Shown here: in pieces, positions 13,249 through 24,500 of the stretch | Layout of the letters: the number at the start of each line of letters is the position of its first letter | Position numbering within the stretch: the stretch's first letter is position 1 | From: Lobosporangium transversale | Taxonomy: Eukaryota | DNA: 64,000 bases | Assembly: GCF_002105155.1 (NCBI RefSeq) | Contig: NW_019028999.1 | Location: 372,001 to 436,000, forward strand | Direction of reading: 5' to 3' | The notes under the pieces: generated by a model | Database searches by the model: none | The model's input: only the letters and a program-made list of their open reading frames with translations | Told to the model about the DNA's origin: nothing | Translations under genes and position numbers: made by a program

Positions 13249-14940
13249 TGCTTTTTAAAAGTTACAATTATTGTAGTTGGCTAAGATTGCAGGTTTTGTT
13301 TACTGTGGTTTGCATTTATTGGGTGGCTGTTATCTCCACATGGCAAAGTCGGAGTCGGGCTGTGTGATCTGCACACGTGTTGCAAGACACAAAATATATA
13401 CAAGCATAGTTTGTAGTTCCAGCAGCTCTGCCACTTGACACAAGTCTTTATTCATTACCAATGTTTTATGTATTCAACTGTATAACAACAACTATTATAT
13501 TTTATTATTACTGTAATTTCTTACTTTATGACTTTTGCTCCATGTTAATCAGTCGTCTATTCAAGGACAGCACAGCTCGGTCAAGGAAGATCTGCGTTTA
13601 GCCATATGCCTCTGGATAGGTATGGCGAATCTACGGTGTATTGCTTGCTAGCGAAAAGCCCAAAGCCCTGCAGACCCGACGATATTGTTGATTAGCAATA
13701 TTCAAAGATAGTACGCAGACAACCACCACCACCAGTTCCTCCGCCATAGGAGAATTTGATCCTTCGCGTAGGAAAAGTTTGAATGAAGAACTCATGGAAA
13801 AGACAAACGTGTCAGACGTTAGAATGTTATCTTGAAATGACAGAGGACATGCGCAAAGCAATAAGCGATACATGGCTATGGTATCGAGGCCATATTCGGT
13901 TTTTGCGAAGACCGAGAGAACATATGTAAACTGCTGATAATCTTGTGTTTATACCTCGCATATGCCAGAGCTTTATTATTCTTTGGACACAGCCATTGGA
14001 ATATCTGACAGTTGGTTACCATGAGCATTACATTAGCACTAAGTTTCCACGCAATAACAGTAACTCATCTCTTCAGGATACAAACTAGTCTCACTGCTAT
14101 TACACCCACTAGACATATTTCGATTGCGACATCCCTGTACCAGAAACATAGTCCAGGTATGTTTGGCTCAGATCAGTAGAGACGGCTAAGTTCAAATCTT
14201 TAACAGGCTCATAGGGCGCGAAAAAAAAACCCCTTGAAAGGTTGTAAGTTGATTGTATTACCAGTCCTAGTATTGATACTTTCGACGGATCATTGAGAAC
14301 TGAATTATTTATCTGGAAGGCGACTCTATCCTCGGTTTTTTGAGAAGTTGCATCAACTCCCATAACCATGTGCGCAAATTCATGCAGGCAGAAGCAGGAG
14401 AGTGGCTCCGTGTATTTCAACGAAACGGATACTACGAAAAGCTTTCCTCCCCCCTGCATCATTGCTAACCTCTCTTTTGGGCGCAGACCCATCTGATCAA
14501 AAAAGCTCTTGGTCACTCCTTTTTAACTATTTCCGAATTTGTTGCTCAATGCTCTCCCAAGTCATCAACTCGTTCTCCTTTTTTTTTTTTTTTTTTTTAC
14601 TCGCTTCTTTCTATTACTACAACCAAGTGTTCGTCTTCGATGTCTTCACCTTTTCCTTTTTCATTGCCTTTCCATCATCTTTATTGCTTTCATCTTGTTG
14701 GTATCTGAAAGAAAAAGAAGTAAGCGACTTTGTGCAGAACCAGCTCTTTCCTTCTACGATATTAAAAAACTATCCAGCCAAACTTATCTTCTGGTCGACC
14801 CTCCAACCCCTCATTCGATTTTACTGTTGATCTTATTCTTAGTACTTGATATTTTGACCTAGAACTGTCTTACAACCATTATATTTTCTATTTTTCAAAG
14901 GCAATACTCGCACACAACTGCTTAATAAAATCCAAGGGAT

Positions 14941-17900
14941 ATGACATTGGCTATATCAAATTCTGTTTGGGTCGAGATTACTGACCCCGAGTCTCGCAAT
15001 ACATTCTATGCAAATCTGGTAAATGATCAAGTTGAATCGAATAATGATGAATGCGATGCAACATTGTGTTATGTAACTTGTCCGGTCACTTGGAATAACA
15101 AGTCATCATTGACTGACCAACTAATATTTCTAAACTGATTCCTACTCTCTGGTGACGCTCGTACTATAAATCCTAATACCCATTTACATGTGTCAAAGAC
15201 AAGCGGGGAGTGCGACTGGTCTCTTCCAGAAGGTGCTGTAATGTAAGTAAGATATCCTCCATCGTTCCTCAAAGACCCCTAGGAAGATATTCCAAGCTAT
15301 GAAAAACCAAGTAAGCCGGCGCTCATGTGCCTTTTTCTTTTTTTTAACTTATTTTATTTATATACTTCTAGCCAGCGACAGGACCCCGCAGGCGAATGGT
15401 GGGAGCTCTTTGATGATATTCATAATCTACCTTATTACTACAATACAAAGACAGGCCAAACAGAATGGGAACGTCCGCATGATAGCATTAATGTCATCTC
15501 GTTGACTGCAATTCAGGCAAGCAGCTTTATACACGCTTGTGTTGGATCTACCACCCCTTTTTTAATTACCCCATATGATAATAACAGAAAACAGCTGCCC
15601 AGCCGAAGCCACGACTTATGACTTTTGTGTTGATGGATTTATCTTATTACTGTAGAAATCTATCATCGGACAGCAGCTTTCCCTTCATATCACAGGCGGA
15701 GGTGGACAAGGACCACCGGAAGAAGCAACTAATGCTATCAATGGTGTCGAAGGACACCGAGTATCATCAGTTGTAGGGACCCCAACCATAAATGCATTTC
15801 CAAATATCATGGATTCTGAATCTCAAACTTGTATAGCAGCCAATTCCTTGGGCGTAACCGCTGACAAACCGAAAAACTTCTCGATCATTGCATCATCCCA
15901 GAGCGCAAGAAGCGGCAGTTCGCCAACGCTTTTTCAAAACACACAGACGTTAGAATTGAAGCCAATGCTATCATTATCATCGACGACGGGACCTATTATC
16001 AAAAGTGCTAGTCGAAAAAAATCAAGACCCTATAGCTCACAAGCACAACAGCTGTCTCAAAGCATTTCCACCAATTCAATAATGTCATCGTTCCAAAAAG
16101 CAGCATCCATGACTTTATACAGGAATTCAACGTCATCATATGGGCAGCCAATACCCATTCCGCCTCGTCCGCAGTCTGTTTCGAGCAATGCACCTCCACT
16201 TTCAACATCTCACCCTCTAACATCTACTGAATCCAAGAAATTGAGTGTTTTGGGGATATCCAATGACACACTATTTCAACCAGCACGCAAAAGCCTTCAG
16301 ATTGCAGAGCGTGCCAGAAAAATTGGTATCGGAGCACCAGTGGCAAACGATGAGGCAGCAAGGAAGATGTCACCTATGATCATTGAGCAACAGCAAGAGG
16401 CCCTCCGTAAAATGTCAGGTAGTCCTCCGCCGACTTCCTCTGAATCAGCGTCAAAAGAGGGTAGTCATGTTGTACAAGCTTATTCACAACCGACTGGAGG
16501 CGGTACCTTCCCTCTTGGTACGCACCCTGCACTCCCTGCAGAGCTTCAGTCATCCATTTCTCAATTTCGTATAGCAGGCTTTGCGGAAAAATATTTCTCA
16601 ACACATAAAAAGGGTCTATTCCGGCGAAAAGTGCCTATGGAGAAGATGTTACTTCATCAGAAAAGTCCACTTAGCCAGCCGTTAATGGTACTCAATAAGC
16701 GTGGAGTTCAGAAGGATGCTCTTAGATGCTTCAAAATCATCCAAAAATTGATGGGCGAGCGAAAAGGGAACGGATATGCAGGGCCCACAGGCGTAGAGTT
16801 AGGCGAGACGTGCGTTGACTTGTCAATCCAATCTGAAGAGGACATCAAGTTAGTACTAGAGCTAATCAAGAAGGGTCAAGATCACGGTGAGCTTCGTGAC
16901 GAAATTTATGTTCAACTATGCAAGCAACTGACACAGAATCCAAGCAGGTTAGTTAAATTCTATCTCACATGTTGACGCTATAACTACTACAGGAATTAGT
17001 ACTCATAAGTGTTTTCCATACTGTTTAATTCTAGAGAGGGAAGCATCAAGGGCTGGCATTTGTTCACAATAATCCTTATAACATTCGCTCCATCCAAGGA
17101 TTTACATACCTACCTGGCTTCATTCCTCAACCAGCATGCAACTGTATCTCTGCATCCCATCCCGGTAATGGCTCGACACTGTCTTGATCTACTTCGCCGG
17201 ATCAGTAAACGGGGCTCACGGGCAAAGCAACTTACTGTAGTCGAAATTGCACGAGCCCAAGAGGCTGCATTCAAGCCAAGCGTGTTTGAGGCGACATTAG
17301 AGCGTCTTATGGGCCGCCAAATGGCAGCAGGAGGTGAATGGGCGGCATGGCGCGTCCCTCGACTGATGGTGTTTCTGAAAGAAAGTGTATTAAATTTGGA
17401 TGGCCTGAAGACAGAAGGCATATTTCGTATCTCTGGCGATTTAGGCGCCGTTGCCGAACTGGTATGTCTATTTACAGATTTTTGTCACGCACGAAACCCA
17501 TTGGTCCGTGCCCTGTATGTCTGCGATTATATTTCGTCGTACACAGTGATTTAGCGTGTTTTTTTTTTTTTTTTTTTTTGTCTGTGTGTGTTTATTTTTC
17601 TTGCAAAACAGAAAGCACGGATAGAGCTCGGAAACTATGATCTATCAGGAATTGCAGATCCACATGTACCCTGTTCATTGCTGCGACTCTGGATCCGTGA
17701 CCTACCAGAACCCATCATCCCTTATGATATGTATCAACGATTCATCGATGCAGCACAAGATAAAGATGCGATTGCCAAGCTGATCGATGATCTTCCACTT
17801 TGGCATAAGGAGACACTCATCTATCTCGTGGCGTTCTTAAAGGTAAATATTAATCGTGTTTTGCCATCCCTGTTAATGCCTCTTATTACTTTACATGTGT

Positions 17901-18159
17901 CTTCTCTAACTTGATTGAGTTGTCACCTATCCCTATCGAAAAAAAGACATTCAATCAACCAAAGATTCGAGAAGCTACCAAGATGAGCCTTTCAAATCTA
18001 GCTATGGTTTTTGCACCAACGCTTTTGCAATTTTCTAGTGATGACATCCCTATTCAGATGGGTCGTTTACAGGCAGAGAGAACGTTTGTTTCAACGCTCA
18101 TCGCAGAGGTAGAGCTCTCAGATGAGGACCTATGTATCGTTGGAGAGTCTAGGAGTTGA
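14941..18159 (+). CDS. ARHGAP39: Rho GTPase-activating protein with two WW domains, MyTH4 and RhoGAP (ARHGAP39/Vilse-like)
   Basis: WVEITDPESRNTFYANL|TSGECDW and WWELFD...YYYNTKTGQTEWERP (WW pair). ELRDEIYVQLCKQLTQNPS (MyTH4). EGIFRISG, LRLWIRDLPEPII and KMSLSNLAMVFAP (RhoGAP). Seven exons. Confidence 0.88.
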
Positions 18160-19029
18160 GTTAGAGTAAAAAATTAGTTCACATAAAGACCTCTGGAGAC
18201 GCAAGAGATGTCTTGCCTATTTATTTGCTTTACCTGTGTTATTGGACCATGGAAAGCTCTATGTTGAACTGTAACCATCCAACAGGGCAGGGATGCATTT
18301 GTTCAAATCTTAGTGTATAGTCTAAATAGATTAGGTTATTGACGTACTGGACCTGGTGAGGTTTTCTCTCTCAGCTGTTCTCATTATAATAGTATCTTGT
18401 AGTCAAAGTCGTCGTTTGGATCCACACACCAGCCAGGTGAGTAGTAATTGATCCTTGAGCACACACACATAGAATCACTCTCGCGCGCAATAGCGTATCA
18501 CGATCTTGGATCAAAAGCATGAGACTTGGATGTTGTAATCCGCCACCTCCCTCCACTTGACAGACAGATAAGCAGTGTGGCTTTGGTAAACAAAATTCAC
18601 ACCTTCCTTCCTTGCAAATGTCGCTTTTTCAAACAGCCTTTGATTTTCTCAACTTGCATTGCCTTCTTTTATGCTCACAAATTCTATCCCTCTCTTTCTT
18701 TCTTGTTACCATCGTTATCGCCAATCTCATCCCCTCATTCTTATTACACTCCCCACTCTTCCCACTTTTCGCCTTCTCCACTCTTTAGTTTTAGTATTCA
18801 CTTTGTTCGTGAACCGAATGTCTTGACATCTAGCTCCCTTCTAAAATTCTCTTCACTCCTTCATTTAAACATTCCTGAGTATTCATTCATTTGCATTTCC
18901 TTCTGTTCATTTGTTTCCTATTACTTATATTGCTTCTGTCTTCTCACTCTTTTTTCTTCTCACTTTTTTTTCTTCTCTTGAGTTTTCCAACATCACTACA
19001 CACTTTGCTGCAATAACACGGGTTACTCA

Positions 19030-20883
19030 ATGTCCACACCACCATTGAGCCCTTCTACTAAAACCTCTTCCGGGCCTGTGTCGCCTTCAGTCTCTCGGCG
19101 GAAGCTGTCGCGAACCCAACATTCCAAACCAAATGAGTCTTGGTTCCTTATTCTTGTTAATGCCTTCAAAAGCAACTTTGAACAGACTCTTACCTACCGA
19201 GAGTCAGAACTTTATGCCTGGATCATGCAGGCCTATCCTTATTACCGTCACGATACTCACACAATGCAAACTAGTGTCAAGACGACCTTGTCTTCATATG
19301 AATGCTTTCGACAGAACGGCAGAAGTACATGGACATTCATTCCGCGGCGAGCCCTTGTCCATTTAGAAAGCCTCAAGTCACAGGAAAACCGCAGAGAGAG
19401 CAATATTTCTGGTGAAGAAGACGAGGAGGAGTTCGAGGATGAAGAACAAGAAATTCCAGATCAAGATCATGGCGAAGGCGATACAGAATCTCATTACAAT
19501 TACCGAAGTCTGTATACTGACCATCCTAACCGGCATGAGGCTCACGAAGATGGACCCAGTACTAGGATACGATATGTCGACAAGCACTTGGACCTGATGG
19601 ATGAGGATTCACCAACTTTATCAATCGAAGAGATCCAGCGTTTTAAGCAAGAACACTCTGGAACTCAATCTCGCAAGTTGAAGCGCAAGGCTTCTGGTGA
19701 ACATGGAAGTCGTCCCAGGACACGATCACCACCTGCGGCCCTTCAGGATGAGTGCAGCATGTCCATGAAGGCATGGTATAATTTGCTAGTCCACATGTTT
19801 GAGGCTTCACCTAAGCAAAAAACCATCCGTGAAATTTTTGCGTGGGTCCATGACAATTATCCAATTTATCGGGACGCTCCGGATAATACATGGCAGAAAG
19901 ATTTGACAGCCGCATTGGAATCAAACCCTTTATTCAAGGCAATGGGCCGAGGAAGGTGGCAAATGGTAACGCAAACAGCACAGCCTATCATAGTGGTTAA
20001 CGAAGGCACAGGAACGCCAGGAAGTGGCTCTGCAACTAATCCACCTTCAAAAGTCGGAGATGATGCCACCGATAGTCCTTCTGTGACAGAGGATGAGGAT
20101 TGGAAGGCCATTGGCTCAAAACGGCTACTCAACTTCTCCTTCCGACGTTATTCAATTGCGACAGATACTGTCCCTAAAAATCAATACAAGATCGGGTCTA
20201 CCGTCCCTGCTAATTCGGATGGTCAAACAGCAACAAACGGCAAAGTAAATGTGGCTATTATAGCGTCTCCTGGATCATCTCTGTCCACCACGGCATCTGG
20301 AGGCAATCTTCTACCCCTTGATCATCGAGCGACGGCATACAACACAACGGGAAGACGATTTTCTTCCTATCATCAACCAACTCCAAAAAACTCCCCTCCT
20401 CTTGCAGCTACTACTACTGGACTTTTACCAATCGAAGAAATAGGCAATCATATTAGAGGTGCATTGTCTCAGTCGGCATCGTATGAAGAAGATTCCGCCA
20501 GGAGATATATGGCACCATTACAGAATGCTATCAATTCTGCTGTCCTTGCACTCCAATCGCAACAACCTGATCAGCACCAGAATACTTTGACCACAGTGAT
20601 ACCAGCTACAGCATCTTCGCACATAGGCAACTTCCAGACAAATCGCGATTTACAGAATACATCACAGATAGGTCGTCATGAGGATCAAGGATCTACCCAG
20701 AAACCAACCACAGCCCTCGTTTCCACAGATGACGCCTCACCCACTGTGTCTTCCTCAAGAACGGTATCAAATCCTGAATCTCAAGTAGAGCCTGAGATCC
20801 TAATACCCAATAGCGAGAACCTTGCTTCTGATCAAATGGATGCCATTCATGCTTTGGCTTTATTGTGCGGAGGCGGTGTTTAG
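19030..20883 (+). CDS. Intronless protein with two divergent forkhead-like winged-helix domains and Stb3-like motifs
   Basis: 617-aa ORF. WH1: ELYAWIMQAYPYY...SVKTTLSSYECF...W. WH2: TIREIFAWVHDNYPIY...WQKDLTAALESNPLFKAMGRGRW. Also TEDEDWKAIG, several RRxS sites and a C-terminal DAIHALALL. Confidence 0.75.
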   Translation: MSTPPLSPSTKTSSGPVSPSVSRRKLSRTQHSKPNESWFLILVNAFKSNFEQTLTYRESELYAWIMQAYPYYRHDTHTMQTSVKTTLSSYECFRQNGRSTWTFIPRRALVHLESLKSQENRRESNISGEEDEEEFEDEEQEIPDQDHGEGDTESHYNYRSLYTDHPNRHEAHEDGPSTRIRYVDKHLDLMDEDSPTLSIEEIQRFKQEHSGTQSRKLKRKASGEHGSRPRTRSPPAALQDECSMSMKAWYNLLVHMFEASPKQKTIREIFAWVHDNYPIYRDAPDNTWQKDLTAALESNPLFKAMGRGRWQMVTQTAQPIIVVNEGTGTPGSGSATNPPSKVGDDATDSPSVTEDEDWKAIGSKRLLNFSFRRYSIATDTVPKNQYKIGSTVPANSDGQTATNGKVNVAIIASPGSSLSTTASGGNLLPLDHRATAYNTTGRRFSSYHQPTPKNSPPLAATTTGLLPIEEIGNHIRGALSQSASYEEDSARRYMAPLQNAINSAVLALQSQQPDQHQNTLTTVIPATASSHIGNFQTNRDLQNTSQIGRHEDQGSTQKPTTALVSTDDASPTVSSSRTVSNPESQVEPEILIPNSENLASDQMDAIHALALLCGGGV

Positions 20884-21569
20884 ACCCCACATGGAATAGA
20901 TTTTAATAAAAGAGTTTAGACTATCCCTTAAACCGTCAACCTGGCAAATTTGCCATTATAAATGGGCTTAAAATCCAGCAATTCATGGGCATTGTCTTGA
21001 AATTTTATTTCGATGTCGAAATAAATGACCGAAAACTGAGTTGATTCATTCTACCGCACCTTAGAGCTTGCTCGGCAAGACTTGATTTGTCACATCATTT
21101 ACTTGCTCGTCTTCTTGCGTTCCCTTGATGTATCTGGGTTGGTAAACACTGCTAGTAGAGTTTGTTGGGCCTGTTGAAACCAGAGGGAGCCACAGCAACA
21201 TATCATACCCAAGGTGATACAAATATCTCTGTTGGAGTGAGTGGTGAACTGTGTGTGGTTCAGATGTAGTGGACATAAACGGCGAAAGAATGCATCGAAA
21301 GGATGTGAGCGGTTATGAGAGCAAGGAAGAAGGGGTTGATATGCCTGTTCAAGTCCTTGGCAAGAGGGCATGAGTAGCAGTTGTGATCACGAGTTGATTT
21401 CGGTGAGTCCGCATAACAATGGTATAGTTTCTAGACCCTATCTTCCACGTACAGCATTGCATTATTGTTGTTTTCAGACCTGGCACCAATCATGCGAGGT
21501 ATTTCTCTTTCTGAGGGTTCCTTGTGTTAAACAGCCAGACAGAAAGCTTAGAAGAGATACAGACACAAC

Positions 21570-24500
21570 GGTGAAAAAAAAATGTATGCGAGCAAACAGT
21601 TGCTGTGTTTATTTGTTGTCTGCACATGCCTTCTTTCATCGCGGGCTTTTTTTTTATTGTTTCGCAAATCTTGTTTCCTTTTTTGTTCGTCAATCACTGT
21701 GTGCACGAATAAGCAGCTGAAGCATCTCTTTGGTTTCTGTACATGTATAAACACATTTTACATCGTGGCGTCTTTTTTTGTTCAAAACACAAGCGTTTTC
21801 CATTGGTGCTTCCAAACAAACTTTATTTTGGCGGCCACTCCACAATCCAGGACAAGGATCAGCTGGCAACAGGCCTTAACTCTGTCTTCGATGTCTGTCT
21901 GTGTGCATATGAAGCGGACCCATGCATAGGGTGCCATAATGAGGAGAATGATAGGATCGTGATGTCCCAAGACTCTGATTTTTTTGCGTACGAATGAGTC
22001 TGCTTCCTAGTGGGACCCCTTCCGCGCCGTAGACGGAAGTTTGGGGTTTACGATGTAGACAACGTTATCCAAGCACTAAGACTGCCATCACACGCGCATC
22101 TGGTGTTATTCTGTGCCATCGCAGGCAATGACTACTCAAGGAACCTCGAGACGTTAGGCCCGGTTAATAATCTTCGATTAATTCGAAACGTTGCGTGGAA
22201 CGAGAACTACAATAAAATGCTTCGGGACTACCTAAGGGAAGCTAGTAAGGTGTTGGGAAGGAACGCAGCCTCTGAAGAAGGCCGTTTCAGAGTAGCTCTC
22301 CGCATTTTTACTTCCGACCATCAAACGTCGGCCCAAGCGCTACCATTGAACAATGAGTTCGATAACTTCAAGCAGCGTCTACTCAATGGAAAGGATCTTC
22401 GTCATAGAATGACTCAGCAAAGGCGAGCGCAGCGTCGCAGAACGTAAGGAAGCTCAAGCTATAGTTTTGGCCTTGAAACCATACGTCCCCAATACTAATC
22501 GTTAGTCCCCTTCTTGGATAATGTAGAGACACACCATCATTCTATATAGCGAAAGGGTCACATAGGAACCAGTTCCGGCCCATCTTTTCTGACAAGGCGA
22601 GCATATTGAATGGGCGCACAGTTGATATCAGTAACTGCCATCAGCACGATAGGCCGGGCCTTAAGCATCCACCACGTCGGAAAAAGGCAAAAAAGAAGCA
22701 ACAGAAAAAACAAAAGCGGAAGCACAAAGGCAAGAAGCCCCACAGGGCTAAAAAAGAAGGTGCACCAATTAGGGACTTGAAGGATGCTACGAAGGTTGAT
22801 CACAGCTACAGCAGTAAGCACCTTATCAAGGCCTTAACAATTGGGTCCCTTAAGGCCTCCATGGCAAGGAAAGGCGGACTGGACGCAGATGAAAGGGATA
22901 GTATTGCAAGCCAGATCCGAGGGGCAGTTGTTGTCCTCAACCGACTACGCCGCTATGCATACTGGGCGATTGCCTTGGACATTGAGAGGATCATGTGGTT
23001 ACCAGGGGCAGCAAAGTCGAGGAAAAAGGCACTGGACGAGGTCTTGGATAGCAATGATTATTCCTTCCGTCTCGCCACCCTTCTTTTGAGTGGTCAAGGT
23101 GGCCCCAATTCAGCTTACGCGAGGGCAAAAAAACAAGGAAAGGCGGTAGAAACGCCCCATCATCACCTCGCTTATGAACATTTCAAGGCCACCACTGAAC
23201 TTTCCCCAATAAAGGATATAGACATCACATTGGGGGACGTCCAAGGCTTTGATCCCAAAAAGATCTCATTTCCAAGAGCGTCAGACTTACTAATGGGCCA
23301 AGTACAGACATCATTAAGGCAGCACTACAGGAACGCAATGGTATAGCTTGTGTAAGGGTATTTTCATGCATATTCTGCAATCAAATGCTCTTTATTCACA
23401 CCTTTTTTTTTTCTTTTTTTTTTTTTTTCTAGTTTGATGTCGAGAAAACAAATGAAGATATGAGCGACATTGAGTTTTTTCTGCGGGAGAACAAAAAAGT
23501 GAAAAAATACTCAGACTTTCCTACGTCCCCCTGGTCACCCGGGTATGTGTATCTGTCTGAACACGCCCTAGTTGACATCCTCTGGGCGAACGAAGATACC
23601 AAGCAGCTGTTGGAGCGTATTCTGCCTCTCAATAATGCTTCCAAGACTGCAATGTATGAGTGTGTACAGGGAACAAAAGGGGTTTTGATACAGGCTCTCT
23701 TTTGTGACATTGGAGGTGATCGCATGGTTCGTGGATATCAAGACAAAGTATCCCTGCAGTCACAGGACAAAGATCTAACTCGGTTCAAACTCAAAGGAAC
23801 GATTTCTACCAACGGTCTAGTTCTGAATCTACTTGCCTATGACACAACCCAGACGAAGAGACAGCAGCAGTCTGACGTAGATGAAGAAGACCCCAGCCAA
23901 GAACTGGAGCTTTCTCAGGGATTTCTCAACACGACGTGTTCAAAGGCGGCCGGTGAAGACCTGACAGATGAAGACTACGCAGACATAAACTGGAAGAGGA
24001 GCTCCAAACTGCTTGAAAACGTTGAGCTCACATTCAACAAACCAGGGCGATGCCCATCCGCAAACACCACAACTATCGTCGGATGTGATCCTGGTATTGT
24101 TAACGCCCTTACGTTTTCCTCCCTGGATCCTCACAACCCTAACTTGCGGCAAACGGTAAAGGTGAGAAGCAGGTTCTTGTACCTCCCCGTCCTCCGCTTC
24201 AATCACCTGTTGAACAAAAGGAAGCGTGAAAAAGGAATGATTGAGGTTGAGAGCGCCATCCCTGTGTTTGGAAGGGATACGTATAATGAGTACTTTCAAT
24301 GGATGAACGAGGAGTCTCAGACACAGACAGGATCAACGAATTTGGATGTGCTTCAAGAGTTCTACGAGTCCAGATGGCACCTGAAAAAAAATGGGACCTA
24401 CGAAAGGCTCAACGAGCTACGTTCGACTACGCGGTACAGCGAGTGTTGAAGATGCTTGGGGATAAAGGAGTACTTGTCGTCGGCCTAGGGTCCTTTGAAA

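Noticed and set aside
14109..14516. 135-aa minus ORF containing HEFAH (HExxH-like motif)
   Set aside because: GTG start, no other metalloprotease features and no convincing continuation. It lies in the divergent promoter region, so it is likely chance.
15044..15140. Intronic ATGATGA...CTGA resembling a box C/D snoRNA
   Set aside because: No recognisable rRNA antisense element or terminal stem, and the C-like motif simply pairs with a downstream TCATCATT.
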